The translations under genes were made by a program, and so were the position numbers. Of a stretch of DNA of 32,655 nt, positions 1-7,193 are shown one piece after another. Each line of letters starts with the position of its first letter. Position 1 is the first letter of the stretch. The notes beneath the pieces are model-generated. The model had not been told where the DNA came from and did no database searches. It was given only the letters and a program-made list of their open reading frames with translations. This stretch comes from a virus (taxonomy: Duplodnaviria > Caudoviricetes): IMG/VR virus record IMGVR_UViG_3300048856_000044, positions 1 to 32,655 of that record. One strand, written 5' to 3'.

Positions 1-1
1 C

Positions 2-541
2 GCGACGGCACCGCCCGGTGCGCTGCTCGTGCTCGCGCCGCACGTCGTGCCGCCGTCGCGGCTCGCACCCCTGCTGCGGCTGCCCGCCCCGGGGCGAGGC
101 GGCGGCGAGCGCGCCGGCTTCGTCGTGACGGACATGGCCGACGTCGACGCGTTCGCGCCCACCGTCGAGGTGCCGGGCGCCGCCGTCTACGCGGTCGCCG
201 CGCCGGACCGCGGCGACGACCTGCGCGGCTGGTCCCCCGCCGAGGCGGCCGCCGAGCTGGCCGGCCGCGACCGCACCCCGCTGACGCTCGCCGAGGGCGT
301 GCACTGGGCGCTGCAGGTGCCGGAGGTCCTGGACAAGAACGTCTGCTTCATGACGATCGGGTCGCGCCTGCGCAGGCCTGACGGCCGGTACGACGCGCGC
401 ACGCCCGCGCTGTGGATCTCCGGCGGCACGGGCCGCGACGGCCGCGAGCGCCGCGGGGCGCCGAAGGTCGGCTGGTGCTGGTGGAACAACCGGCACACCT
501 GGCTCGGCTTCGCCTCGACCACCCGGCGGGTGGCGCCGTGA
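2..541 (+). CDS. DUF5701-like actinobacterial protein (5'-truncated by the window edge), host gene
   Basis: Frame is open from position 2. C-terminal motif PLTLAEG...CFMTIGSR...PALWIS...PKVGWCWWNNRHTWLGFAS resembles my recollection of DUF5701. GC3-rich codons. Confidence 0.7.
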   Translation, partial: ATAPPGALLVLAPHVVPPSRLAPLLRLPAPGRGGGERAGFVVTDMADVDAFAPTVEVPGAAVYAVAAPDRGDDLRGWSPAEAAAELAGRDRTPLTLAEGVHWALQVPEVLDKNVCFMTIGSRLRRPDGRYDARTPALWISGGTGRDGRERRGAPKVGWCWWNNRHTWLGFASTTRRVAP

Positions 542-1221
542 CCGCGGCGACGGTGCAGCGCCCGCCGGTGACGTTCCTCCCGAGCCCGTTCCTCGGCCCG
601 GCGGTGTGGGAGCCGGTGGCCGAGCGGCTGCAGGGGCACGGCTGGCGCACCCGGGTGGCGCCGGTGCGGGGCGGCACGCCTGCCGAGGTGCTCGACGGGT
701 TCGAGGAGGCCCTGCCGGACGACGAGCCCACGGTGCTGGTGCCGCACTCGAACGCGGGGCTGTACGTCCCGGCCGTCGCGGCGGCGCTCCCGCCGGCGGG
801 GACGGTGTTCGTCGACGCCGCGCTGCCGCCGTCGGCCGGCGAGGCGGCGCTCGTGCCGCCCGCGCTGCGCGACGAGCTGCGCGGGCGCGCCGACGCCGGC
901 GGGCGGCTCCCCCCGTGGACCGCCTGGTGGCCGCCGGCCGAGGTGCGGGCCCTGGTGCCCGACGACGCGACGCTCGCGCGCGTCGAGGCGCAGGCCCGGC
1001 GCCTGCCGGCCGCCTACCTCGACGCGACCGTGCCGGTGCCGGCCGGGTGGGTGAGCGGACGCAACGCCTACCTGGGGTTCGGCAGCACGTACGCCGACGA
1101 GCTGCAGCAGGCGCGGGCCGCGGGCTGGCCCACGGACGAGCTCGCGGGCGGGCACCTGCACATGCTCGTGGACCCGGACGCCGTAGCCGGCGCGATCGCG
1201 GCCCTGCTGGCCCGGATCTGA
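538..1221 (+). CDS. Alpha/beta-fold hydrolase, host gene
   Basis: GTG overlaps the upstream stop (GTGA). Nucleophile elbow VPHSNAG, FVDA motif and C-terminal GGHLHML catalytic His region. Confidence 0.85.
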   Translation: MTAATVQRPPVTFLPSPFLGPAVWEPVAERLQGHGWRTRVAPVRGGTPAEVLDGFEEALPDDEPTVLVPHSNAGLYVPAVAAALPPAGTVFVDAALPPSAGEAALVPPALRDELRGRADAGGRLPPWTAWWPPAEVRALVPDDATLARVEAQARRLPAAYLDATVPVPAGWVSGRNAYLGFGSTYADELQQARAAGWPTDELAGGHLHMLVDPDAVAGAIAALLARI

Positions 1222-1281
1222 CGGGCCCCGCGAGCGCCCGGCGCCGAGGCGAGCCCGGCCCGTCCGTGCCTACCGTGACGC

Positions 1282-1485
1282 ATGGCCACCTATCACGTGG
1301 AAGCACTGCGCACGGACGGCCCGGACGACGTGCACTCGTTCCGGGCCGCCAGCGACGACGACGCCGCGGTGGTGCCGGCCGGCGAGCGCCGCGAGGGCCG
1401 GCTGCCGCCGATCGACCAGTACATCGTCCAGATCACCGACGACGACGGAAACCGGCGCCAGCTCGACACGCGCTACTACGCCTGA
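1282..1485 (+). CDS. Small hypothetical protein (67 aa), probably leaderless
   Basis: GC3-rich ORF. TACCGT (-10-like) at 1271-1276 lies just before the ATG and there is no SD sequence. Confidence 0.65.
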   Translation: MATYHVEALRTDGPDDVHSFRAASDDDAAVVPAGERREGRLPPIDQYIVQITDDDGNRRQLDTRYYA

Positions 1486-1490
1486 CCCGT

Positions 1491-1530
1491 CGCGACGGAC
1501 CACCCCGCGACGGACCACCCCGCGACGGAC
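1491..1530 (+). repeat. 15-bp tandem repeat CGCGACGGACCACCC, 2.7 copies
   Basis: Copies at 1491-1505, 1506-1520 and a partial copy at 1521-1530, read directly. Confidence 0.9.
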
Positions 1531-1860
1531 GGTCGACGGGCGCTGCGCTACCTCCGCAGCACCGCCACGGCCTCCACGTGGTGGGTGTGCGGAATCGCGT
1601 CGAGTCGCCATCCTCCCTGGTCAGGACCGCCTACTGGCATGGTCTCGGCCCCTTGTGCGGCAGCGATGCGTCGACGTTAGGCGTCGGGAAGCACGACCGT
1701 GGTACCGCTCCAGACAGGTGGAGCGAGTCGGCGTCGCCGTCCTATCCAGTGGGTGAAATTACCGAGCCCGATCGGTTGCCCCGCTGCGTCTGCACGTGGC
1801 TACTCAGGCGAGCACCTAGCATCTCCGGGCAACCATCAACATGGAGATTCGAGACTGAGC

Positions 1861-2397
1861 ATGACGTTGCCGCCGCTCGCCAACGGAGGCCTGCCGATTG
1901 GTCGCTGGCCCGCGACCACTGAGGATCTCGATCGGTTCGCGTCGCAATCGGACGCCTCCCATCGCCGGGCGATCTTGGGCGAGTGGCACCAGTTGACCGA
2001 CGCCATCCGCGACGCGGTAGGAGAGGTCGCGGCTGTGTGGTTGGGCGGGAGCTTCTTCAGCACGAAGGAGAAGCCCGGAGACATCGACGCCGTCTATATC
2101 GTCCGTCGCGACCTCTACGTCGAAGCCAGGAAGGACGACGACCGAGCTAGGTTTCTGCAGGCGGTGGTTGGCAAGGGCGCTCACACCACTTTCGGCCTCC
2201 GCGTGGACACCTTCTTCCTCGAGTGGTGGCCCCGCCCCGGCGTCAAGCGAGGGTCGGCTGACAGACGGACGCAGTACCTTGAGAGCAGGGGGTACTGGGA
2301 CGACCTCTGGTCACGGAGCCGGAGCACCGACCTCAAGATCGATCAGGTCCCGACGCGCGGTTACTTGGAGGTGATCCTCGATGGCTACAACCGGTAG
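1861..2397 (+). CDS. Pol-beta-superfamily nucleotidyltransferase-like protein (DUF6932-like)
   Basis: WLGGSFFSTKEKPGDIDAV matches the hGS...DxD NTase motif. N-terminal LPxGRW and C-terminal YWxxxW...RGYLEV fit my recollection of DUF6932. ATG 1861 chosen over the longer 1699 ORF. Confidence 0.8.
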   Translation: MTLPPLANGGLPIGRWPATTEDLDRFASQSDASHRRAILGEWHQLTDAIRDAVGEVAAVWLGGSFFSTKEKPGDIDAVYIVRRDLYVEARKDDDRARFLQAVVGKGAHTTFGLRVDTFFLEWWPRPGVKRGSADRRTQYLESRGYWDDLWSRSRSTDLKIDQVPTRGYLEVILDGYNR

Positions 2398-3358
2398 CAG
2401 CTTCCGCGAGCTCCTCGCTCGCGCTCGCACCGAGGTGCCGCCAGCGACCTGGGAGGAACCTGAGGACCTCACCAGGTACAGCCGCGAAGCGCTCATCGCG
2501 CAGGTCGAGGGTGATGCTCGCGTCGAGCGGTCGGAAGGGCGCTTGCGTTTGAGCGGCCAAGGCGTGAGTGGACATGCGATCGACTTGGAAGACGTCGGAT
2601 CGATCACGCTGCACTGGCAGCGCGCAGTCTCCGCGATCGGCGCATCGCTGGAGGACGTGCGGACGGCCCGCGGGACCCTTCCGGCGCACATCCTCCAACG
2701 AACTCGCATGCGTCTGATCGCCGCGCCCGGGGCCGGATCTGTAGTGCTCCGGGTTGCACCGTCCGTCGACGCTCTGGTGGAGGCCGAGCCAGGCGGAAGT
2801 CGCCCTCTGGTCGACCCTCCTCGGCCGCTTGCCGACCGTGCCAGCGAGGCCCTCATCGAGCTGCTCGGCAAGACGCGAAACGCAGGTATGGCGCAGGTCG
2901 ACAGCCTGGGGTCCACTCTTCGGGATCACGGGCCCCGCGTAGCATCAGCGCTTCAGGGACTAGCAGTTGCGATCGCCTCCGCCTCCGTCAACTTCGATGT
3001 TGCGTGGACGGAGCCCGGAGCACCAACCCTTCGGGCCGCTTGGTCTCCGGGCGACGCTGAGTGGATCCGTAAGTTCATCGATGGTCGTGAGCTGACGAGC
3101 GACACTGAGCCCTTCACGGGCACAGTCGCGACAGTGAGCGACCGCGAGCGATGGCTCGTGGAATCAGGCGATGAGGTGGCTCGGATCGATGCTGCGGCGA
3201 TTCCGCTCCAAGACGTCCGGAAGGTGCGCCCCGGCGATGAGGTGACCTTGAACGTCAAGACGACCCGCAAGTACTTGCCCGACGGCTCGGTTCGCACTTC
3301 GCGGGTGGCTCTCAGCCTCGTGGAGGTGCGAGGCATGGGCGGAGCTGATCGGTCTTAG
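2381..3358 (+). CDS. Hypothetical protein (325 aa), NTase partner, with a possible C-terminal OB-fold
   Basis: Strong SD GGAGGTGA at 2367-2374 and a 17-nt overlap with the NTase gene. Beta-rich C-terminus (FTGTVATV...VRPGDEVTLNV). Confidence 0.8.
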   Translation: MATTGSSFRELLARARTEVPPATWEEPEDLTRYSREALIAQVEGDARVERSEGRLRLSGQGVSGHAIDLEDVGSITLHWQRAVSAIGASLEDVRTARGTLPAHILQRTRMRLIAAPGAGSVVLRVAPSVDALVEAEPGGSRPLVDPPRPLADRASEALIELLGKTRNAGMAQVDSLGSTLRDHGPRVASALQGLAVAIASASVNFDVAWTEPGAPTLRAAWSPGDAEWIRKFIDGRELTSDTEPFTGTVATVSDRERWLVESGDEVARIDAAAIPLQDVRKVRPGDEVTLNVKTTRKYLPDGSVRTSRVALSLVEVRGMGGADRS

Positions 3359-3365
3359 CGCTCCA

Positions 3366-4475
3366 TCATGACGCGGCGCCGCGGCGCCCACGTCGCAGGG
3401 CGGCCGTGCCGGCGCGGTCGTCGAGGCGGTCCCACGCGGAGGTGATGGCTCGGCGCTGCTGCGGGTTGAGGTGGGCGTAGCGCTCGGTGGTGCGCTGGTT
3501 CTCGTGGCCGAGCAACTGCTGCACCTCGGCGAGCGAGACGCCCTCCTGCAGGAGCCAGGACGCGGCGGTGTGCCGGCAGGTGTGCGGGCTGCCGTGCGTC
3601 ACGCCGGCGCGCTCCTGCGCGGCCTCGAACATTGTGCGCCAGTTCGATCCCGAGAGCGTCCGCCCGCCGCGGCGCGTGACGAAGATCCGCGCGTCGGCCG
3701 GGCGCCCGACCATGAGCGCGGACATCTTCCGAAGCACCCAGTCGGGTACCGGCACCTCGCGGGTAGACGACGACGTCTTCGGGTAGGCCTTGTCTTTGCC
3801 GGCCTGCGTGATGACGTGGGTGATCGAAATCGTCCTTCGCAGCCAGTCGACGTCGGTGCCCCACAGCGCACCCGCCTCGCCCCAGCGCAGCCCAACCCAG
3901 CACATGAGCTCGGTCATCACGGCGTCCGACTCGCGGCCGGCGTCGCGCATGGCCTTGGTCATCCGCTCGACCTCGCGCCGGGTGAAGAAGTCGGGCAGCT
4001 TCTCGTGCTGGGCCGGCGGCTCGACCTTGCGTGCGACGTTGTAGTCCAGTAGCTCGGCGTCCACGGCAGCCTCGAGGCACGCCTTGAGGTGGTTCAGTGC
4101 GCGCCGGATTGCCGCCGGCCCGACGCCGGCGCGCTGCCGCTCGGCAACCCACTCCTTCACCTCGACCCGCGTCAGATCCCGCAGCGGCACGTGACCGAAC
4201 CGTCCCTCCAGGTGCAGGCGCCACGAGCCGTCGTCGGCACGCGCGGTCTCTTCCTCGACGGTGCGCATCTTCCGCCACCGCGCGTACCACTCCCCGACCG
4301 TCGTGTGGTGCGTGCGGGGATCACGCCAGGTGCCGCGGCGCACCTCCACGGCGGTCTGCTCCGCCCACTCCCGCACGACGCTCTTGAGCGGGTCGGTCTG
4401 CGTAATCCGCTGACCGCTCGGCAGCCGGACGGTGGCCTGCCACAGGCCCGACTTCAGGCGCCGGTACGCGGGCAA
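3366..4475 (-). CDS. int: Tyrosine recombinase / phage integrase
   Basis: Catalytic motifs GLRWGE (R), HTCRH (HxxR), LLGH (H) and RYAH (Y). N-terminal arm-binding-like segment. SD GGGAGG precedes the TTG start. Confidence 0.96.
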   Translation of the reverse strand: MPAYRRLKSGLWQATVRLPSGQRITQTDPLKSVVREWAEQTAVEVRRGTWRDPRTHHTTVGEWYARWRKMRTVEEETARADDGSWRLHLEGRFGHVPLRDLTRVEVKEWVAERQRAGVGPAAIRRALNHLKACLEAAVDAELLDYNVARKVEPPAQHEKLPDFFTRREVERMTKAMRDAGRESDAVMTELMCWVGLRWGEAGALWGTDVDWLRRTISITHVITQAGKDKAYPKTSSSTREVPVPDWVLRKMSALMVGRPADARIFVTRRGGRTLSGSNWRTMFEAAQERAGVTHGSPHTCRHTAASWLLQEGVSLAEVQQLLGHENQRTTERYAHLNPQQRRAITSAWDRLDDRAGTAALRRGRRGAAS

Positions 4476-4563
4476 GGTTCCTCCCTTGATCGTCGCGAAT
4501 TAAGCCTCTCGGCTTGATGTGGTTGAAAGCCCACCGGTCGCTGCGGCGCCAGCTGGACGTCGC

Positions 4564-4809
4564 TCAGGCGCCCCACTCGGGGCCGGGTGGCTGATCCCAC
4601 GTCTCCACGTCCTCGTCGTCGCCCTCGAGCGCGCAGGCGGGCGGCTCAGCGGTCGCAGCGAAGTACCCGCGCCGGGTCAACTCGTCGTCGATGGCCTCGT
4701 AGGCACGCACCACCTCACGCGCGCAGCCCGGCTCCTGCACCTGCCGGTAGAGGTCGTGCCACTGAGCGGCCAGCTCCTCGTCGCCCCGCGCCTTCAAGTC
4801 CTGCGTCAT
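4564..4809 (-). CDS. Small acidic hypothetical protein (81 aa) in the repressor operon
   Basis: ATG overlaps the ImmA stop (ATGA) and has a GGGAGG SD. Sequence MTQDLKARGDEELAAQW...PEWGA. Confidence 0.7.
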   Translation of the reverse strand: MTQDLKARGDEELAAQWHDLYRQVQEPGCAREVVRAYEAIDDELTRRGYFAATAEPPACALEGDDEDVETWDQPPGPEWGA

Positions 4810-5264
4810 GCAGCCTCCCTCCCCCTGCGGCCGGTCCGGCCGGTCCGGCCGGTAGAAATCCGCGTCCACGAGCGGCCGGCGCTCGCTGCCTTCTGCCATG
4901 CCTCGACGACCCACTGGCACACATGCAGTTCGACGGCCAGAGCGCGCGGGTCCGGTCCGACCTCTCGCTCGGCCGCGGCGTAGGCCTCTGGCGTGATGAG
5001 GTGCCGCGCGGCCTCGGCGTCGGCGCGGGCCTCAGCCCACTCGGCGAGCCGCCGGTCGGCCGAGGGCCGGTCGCGCCAGACGGCGTGCGACACCTCGTGC
5101 GCAAGGTTCGATCGCTCCTGCCAAGAAGTCAGGCAGAGGTCCAGGGTGATCGTGCGACTCTCGTCGTCGTAGTGACCGCTGATTCCGTCCAAGTGAACCC
5201 ACTCGACCGCCACCCCTTCGGTCTCGCACCACTCGTACAGCTCCACCGTCACGTCAGTCGTCAC
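4806..5264 (-). CDS. ImmA/IrrE-family metallopeptidase (anti-repressor)
   Basis: RSNLAHEVSH HExxH motif and E..AD..AA.LI signature. Lies directly downstream of the repressor. Confidence 0.92.
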   Translation of the reverse strand: MTTDVTVELYEWCETEGVAVEWVHLDGISGHYDDESRTITLDLCLTSWQERSNLAHEVSHAVWRDRPSADRRLAEWAEARADAEAARHLITPEAYAAAEREVGPDPRALAVELHVCQWVVEAWQKAASAGRSWTRISTGRTGRTGRRGREAA

Positions 5265-5646
5265 GCCACTCCTGTTCCTCGCGCGGGTCCCGCGCGCTCG
5301 CCACGTACCTCAACCCTTGGTCACGACTCTCGGCCGACATCGGGCGGGCAGGCCGCAGGTGCACGACCTTGCCGGCGGCCTCCCCGCTCGAGGCGAGAAC
5401 CGCAGCGTCCTCAGCACGGCGGACCAGGTCCGTGAAGTCGATGCCGAGGCTCGTCGCGAGCCGCCAGACATCGCCCACGGACGTCGCCGCGCCGGAGGCG
5501 CGCTCGATCCGACCGAGAGTGGAGGGCGAGATCCCAGCGCGCGCCGCGAGTTCCTCGCGCGACAGACGACGCTCCTGACGCCAGAGCCGCACCTCGTTTC
5601 CAAGGGCCCTGAGGAACGCCTCTTCGGTGTACCGCTCGCCATCCAT
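5254..5646 (-). CDS. XRE-family HTH immunity repressor (ImmR/CI-like)
   Basis: VRLWRQERRLSREELAARAGISPSTLGRIER HTH. C-terminal VVHLRP...YVAS tail resembles ImmA substrates. Divergent from the Cro-like gene. Confidence 0.9.
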   Translation of the reverse strand: MDGERYTEEAFLRALGNEVRLWRQERRLSREELAARAGISPSTLGRIERASGAATSVGDVWRLATSLGIDFTDLVRRAEDAAVLASSGEAAGKVVHLRPARPMSAESRDQGLRYVASARDPREEQEWRDD

Positions 5647-5653
5647 GGCCCGA

Positions 5654-5659
5654 AACGTA
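5654..5659 (-). promoter_or_regulatory. -10 element TACGTT of the leftward, leaderless repressor promoter
   Basis: TAnnnT hexamer 7 nt upstream of the repressor ATG. The expected -35 position is poor and overlaps operator 1. Confidence 0.65.
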
Positions 5660-5677
5660 CCTCAGCGAGCACCAATA

Positions 5678-5693
5678 ACACCAGATCTGGTGT
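5678..5693. promoter_or_regulatory. Operator 1: perfect 16-bp palindrome ACACCAGATCTGGTGT
   Basis: Perfect inverted repeat between the divergent repressor and Cro-like genes. Confidence 0.85.
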
Positions 5694-5702
5694 GGGCGAA
5701 GG

Positions 5703-5731
5703 TTGACCGTGCCAGATTTGGCACGTAGATT
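5703..5731 (+). promoter_or_regulatory. Rightward early promoter TTGACC-N17-TAGATT with operator 2 (CGTGCCAGATTTGGCACG, 5708-5725) in its spacer
   Basis: Near-consensus sigma-A -35/-10 with a 17-bp spacer. ATG 5739 lies 7 nt after the -10. Operator shares the CCAGATYTGG core with operator 1. Confidence 0.85.
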
Positions 5732-5738
5732 GCCAGCC

Positions 5739-5999
5739 ATGACCACACGAGGCCCAGACCCGCTGGCGGTCGCCATTGCGCGGGCGGTCGCTGGGGCGAT
5801 CGCAACGGCGGGCATGACTTACGCCGAGACGGCAGAGCGCGCCGACATCGCGCTCAACACGTTCTCGCGCCGCATGAACGGGGCCATCCCGTTCACCTGG
5901 CCTGAGCTCGTGCGGGTCGCCCGGGCGACGGGTGTTCGCGTCACCGACCTGGCCGAGAGCGCGGAGCGGCTCGCCGACCGCAGGGCCGACACCGGGTAG
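5739..5999 (+). CDS. Cro-like XRE HTH protein
   Basis: GMTYAETAERADIALNTFSRRMNG..PF HTH. First gene of the rightward operon; the ATG coincides with the predicted transcription start. Confidence 0.88.
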   Translation: MTTRGPDPLAVAIARAVAGAIATAGMTYAETAERADIALNTFSRRMNGAIPFTWPELVRVARATGVRVTDLAESAERLADRRADTG

Positions 6000-6030
6000 T
6001 GCCCAGGCCGCCGCGCGGCCGCAGACATGA

Positions 6031-6114
6031 CGGCGCCCCGGGTCCATCCGCCAAGAAGAGCCCGGGGCGCCGCAATCGACCAGCAGCACTGGGCCCGTCC
6101 GATGAAGGACGGGC
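6031..6114 (+). other. Two RNA hairpins between cro and xis
   Basis: CGGCGCCCCGGG/CCCGGGGCGCCG 12-bp stem (6031-6072) and GCCCGTCC/GGACGGGC 8-bp stem (6093-6114). Confidence 0.65.
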
Positions 6115-6144
6115 TTCGCGCGACCAGCAAGGGGGGAGTCTCCC

Positions 6145-6411
6145 ATGGGGACGAAGAAGATCACCGACCCGGAAGCCGTGATGTCGCTGCCGCGACTGAT
6201 CACAGTGAAGGACGCCGCCGACCTGCTCGGCTGCTCGGACGACCATGTCTATGGGCTGATGCGTGACGGCGTGCTGCCCTACGTGGACATCTCGCGCAAG
6301 GGCGAGAAGACCCGGCGCCCGAAGCTGCGGATCCCCGCGCTTCAGGTGCAGGCGTACATCGACAGACAGACCCGCCGCGGCACCGCCGGCCTGCGGGCGG
6401 TGAGCGCGTGA
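6145..6411 (+). CDS. Excisionase-family (HTH_17/MerR-like) DNA-binding protein
   Basis: LITVKDAADLLGCSDDHVYGLMRDGVLP...LRIP signature. GGGGGAG SD upstream. Confidence 0.85.
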   Translation: MGTKKITDPEAVMSLPRLITVKDAADLLGCSDDHVYGLMRDGVLPYVDISRKGEKTRRPKLRIPALQVQAYIDRQTRRGTAGLRAVSA

Positions 6412-6602
6412 TGCGCGACGTGACCGCCGGCGTGCTCATCACCGCCGCCGTGGCGCTCGCGGCCCTCGGCCTCTGGCTTGGCTGCGCCGGCCCCGTGCTG
6501 TCCGGCGCGCAGGGCTTCGCCGCTGTGCTGTTCATCGCCGCCGGCGCGCTCGCTGTGCGCGCGGCGTCCCGGGTGCCCGCAGAGCGGAGCCAGGAGCGGT
6601 GA
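6408..6602 (+). CDS. Small two-TM membrane protein
   Basis: Two hydrophobic stretches. GTGA overlaps with both neighbours. Confidence 0.7.
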   Translation: MMRDVTAGVLITAAVALAALGLWLGCAGPVLSGAQGFAAVLFIAAGALAVRAASRVPAERSQER

Positions 6603-6970
6603 CCGCGACCGACTGGCCGTCGACGTCGGCGGCCGCAGAGTCCGGCGCGCGCGCACGCCGCTACACCGGCGAGCTATGCACTGACGCGCAGGTGGAGGCC
6701 TTCATGGCCGCCGTCGGTGCCGTGCGGGCGGGCACGGAGTTCTCCGTGAACCTCATCCGCCGCCAGCTCGACGACGCGATGGTGCCCGCCGCGGCGCGGG
6801 CGGCCCTGTTCGACCTCGCCGTCGGCGCCGGGCTCCTCGATCGCGTGTGGGTCACGGCCCCCGGCCGCCGCCTCGCCGTGGTCGAGCCGTCGACCGGCCG
6901 CAGCGCCAAGGGTGCCCGCGTCCGTGTGTACCGCCGCACCCCCGCTCCCTACCGCCCGGCCGCCGCCTGA
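6599..6970 (+). CDS. Hypothetical phage protein (possible winged-helix)
   Basis: Coupled start with GGAG SD and GC3-rich codons. Confidence 0.7.
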   Translation: MTATDWPSTSAAAESGARARRYTGELCTDAQVEAFMAAVGAVRAGTEFSVNLIRRQLDDAMVPAAARAALFDLAVGAGLLDRVWVTAPGRRLAVVEPSTGRSAKGARVRVYRRTPAPYRPAAA

Positions 6971-6973
6971 GCC

Positions 6974-7150
6974 GTGACCGACGAGGACGACTGCGGCCAC
7001 GGCTGGCGGCCGGGTGAGCGCACGCGCGCCGGCCACCTCGCGTGCCCGCACTGTCGGCGCTCGCAGCACGCCGCGGTCGAGCGCCTCGTGCGCATCCGTC
7101 CCCCGCTCGCCGACTGGCAGGCCCTCGCCGCCGGCGACACCGACGACTGA
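6974..7150 (+). CDS. Small Cys/His protein (58 aa), not in the ORF track
   Basis: GTG...TGA translates as MTDEDDCGHGWRPGERTRAGHLACPHCRR...DWQALAAGDTDD with CxH and CPxC motifs. Fills the operon gap. Confidence 0.7.
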   Translation: MTDEDDCGHGWRPGERTRAGHLACPHCRRSQHAAVERLVRIRPPLADWQALAAGDTDD

Positions 7151-7193
7151 CCCACGCCCCCATCCCCCAGCACGACCGACCCGAGGAGGAACC

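Noticed and set aside
1491-1530. Tandem repeat as a possible CRISPR array
   Set aside because: The 15-bp units are contiguous with no spacers, and no cas genes are present.
1579-1610. TGGTGGGTGTGCGGAATCG resembling a minus-strand tRNA 3' end (possible att)
   Set aside because: The T-arm spacing is wrong, TCGAA is absent, and no cloverleaf can be built.
1699-1860. N-terminal extension of the NTase ORF from GTG 1699
   Set aside because: Poor codon bias and no SD. The family-like sequence begins at MTLPPL (1861).
3319-3365. GTGGAGGTGCGAGG / GGCGGAGCTGA resembling a tRNA-Ala or tmRNA end near the integrase stop
   Set aside because: No TCGAACC T-loop follows, and the sequence is explained as the coding end of the 2381-3358 gene.
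5999-6266. Short ORFs 5999-6181 and 6027-6266 between cro and xis
   Set aside because: No SD, weak codon bias and overlap with xis. The hairpins explain the region better.
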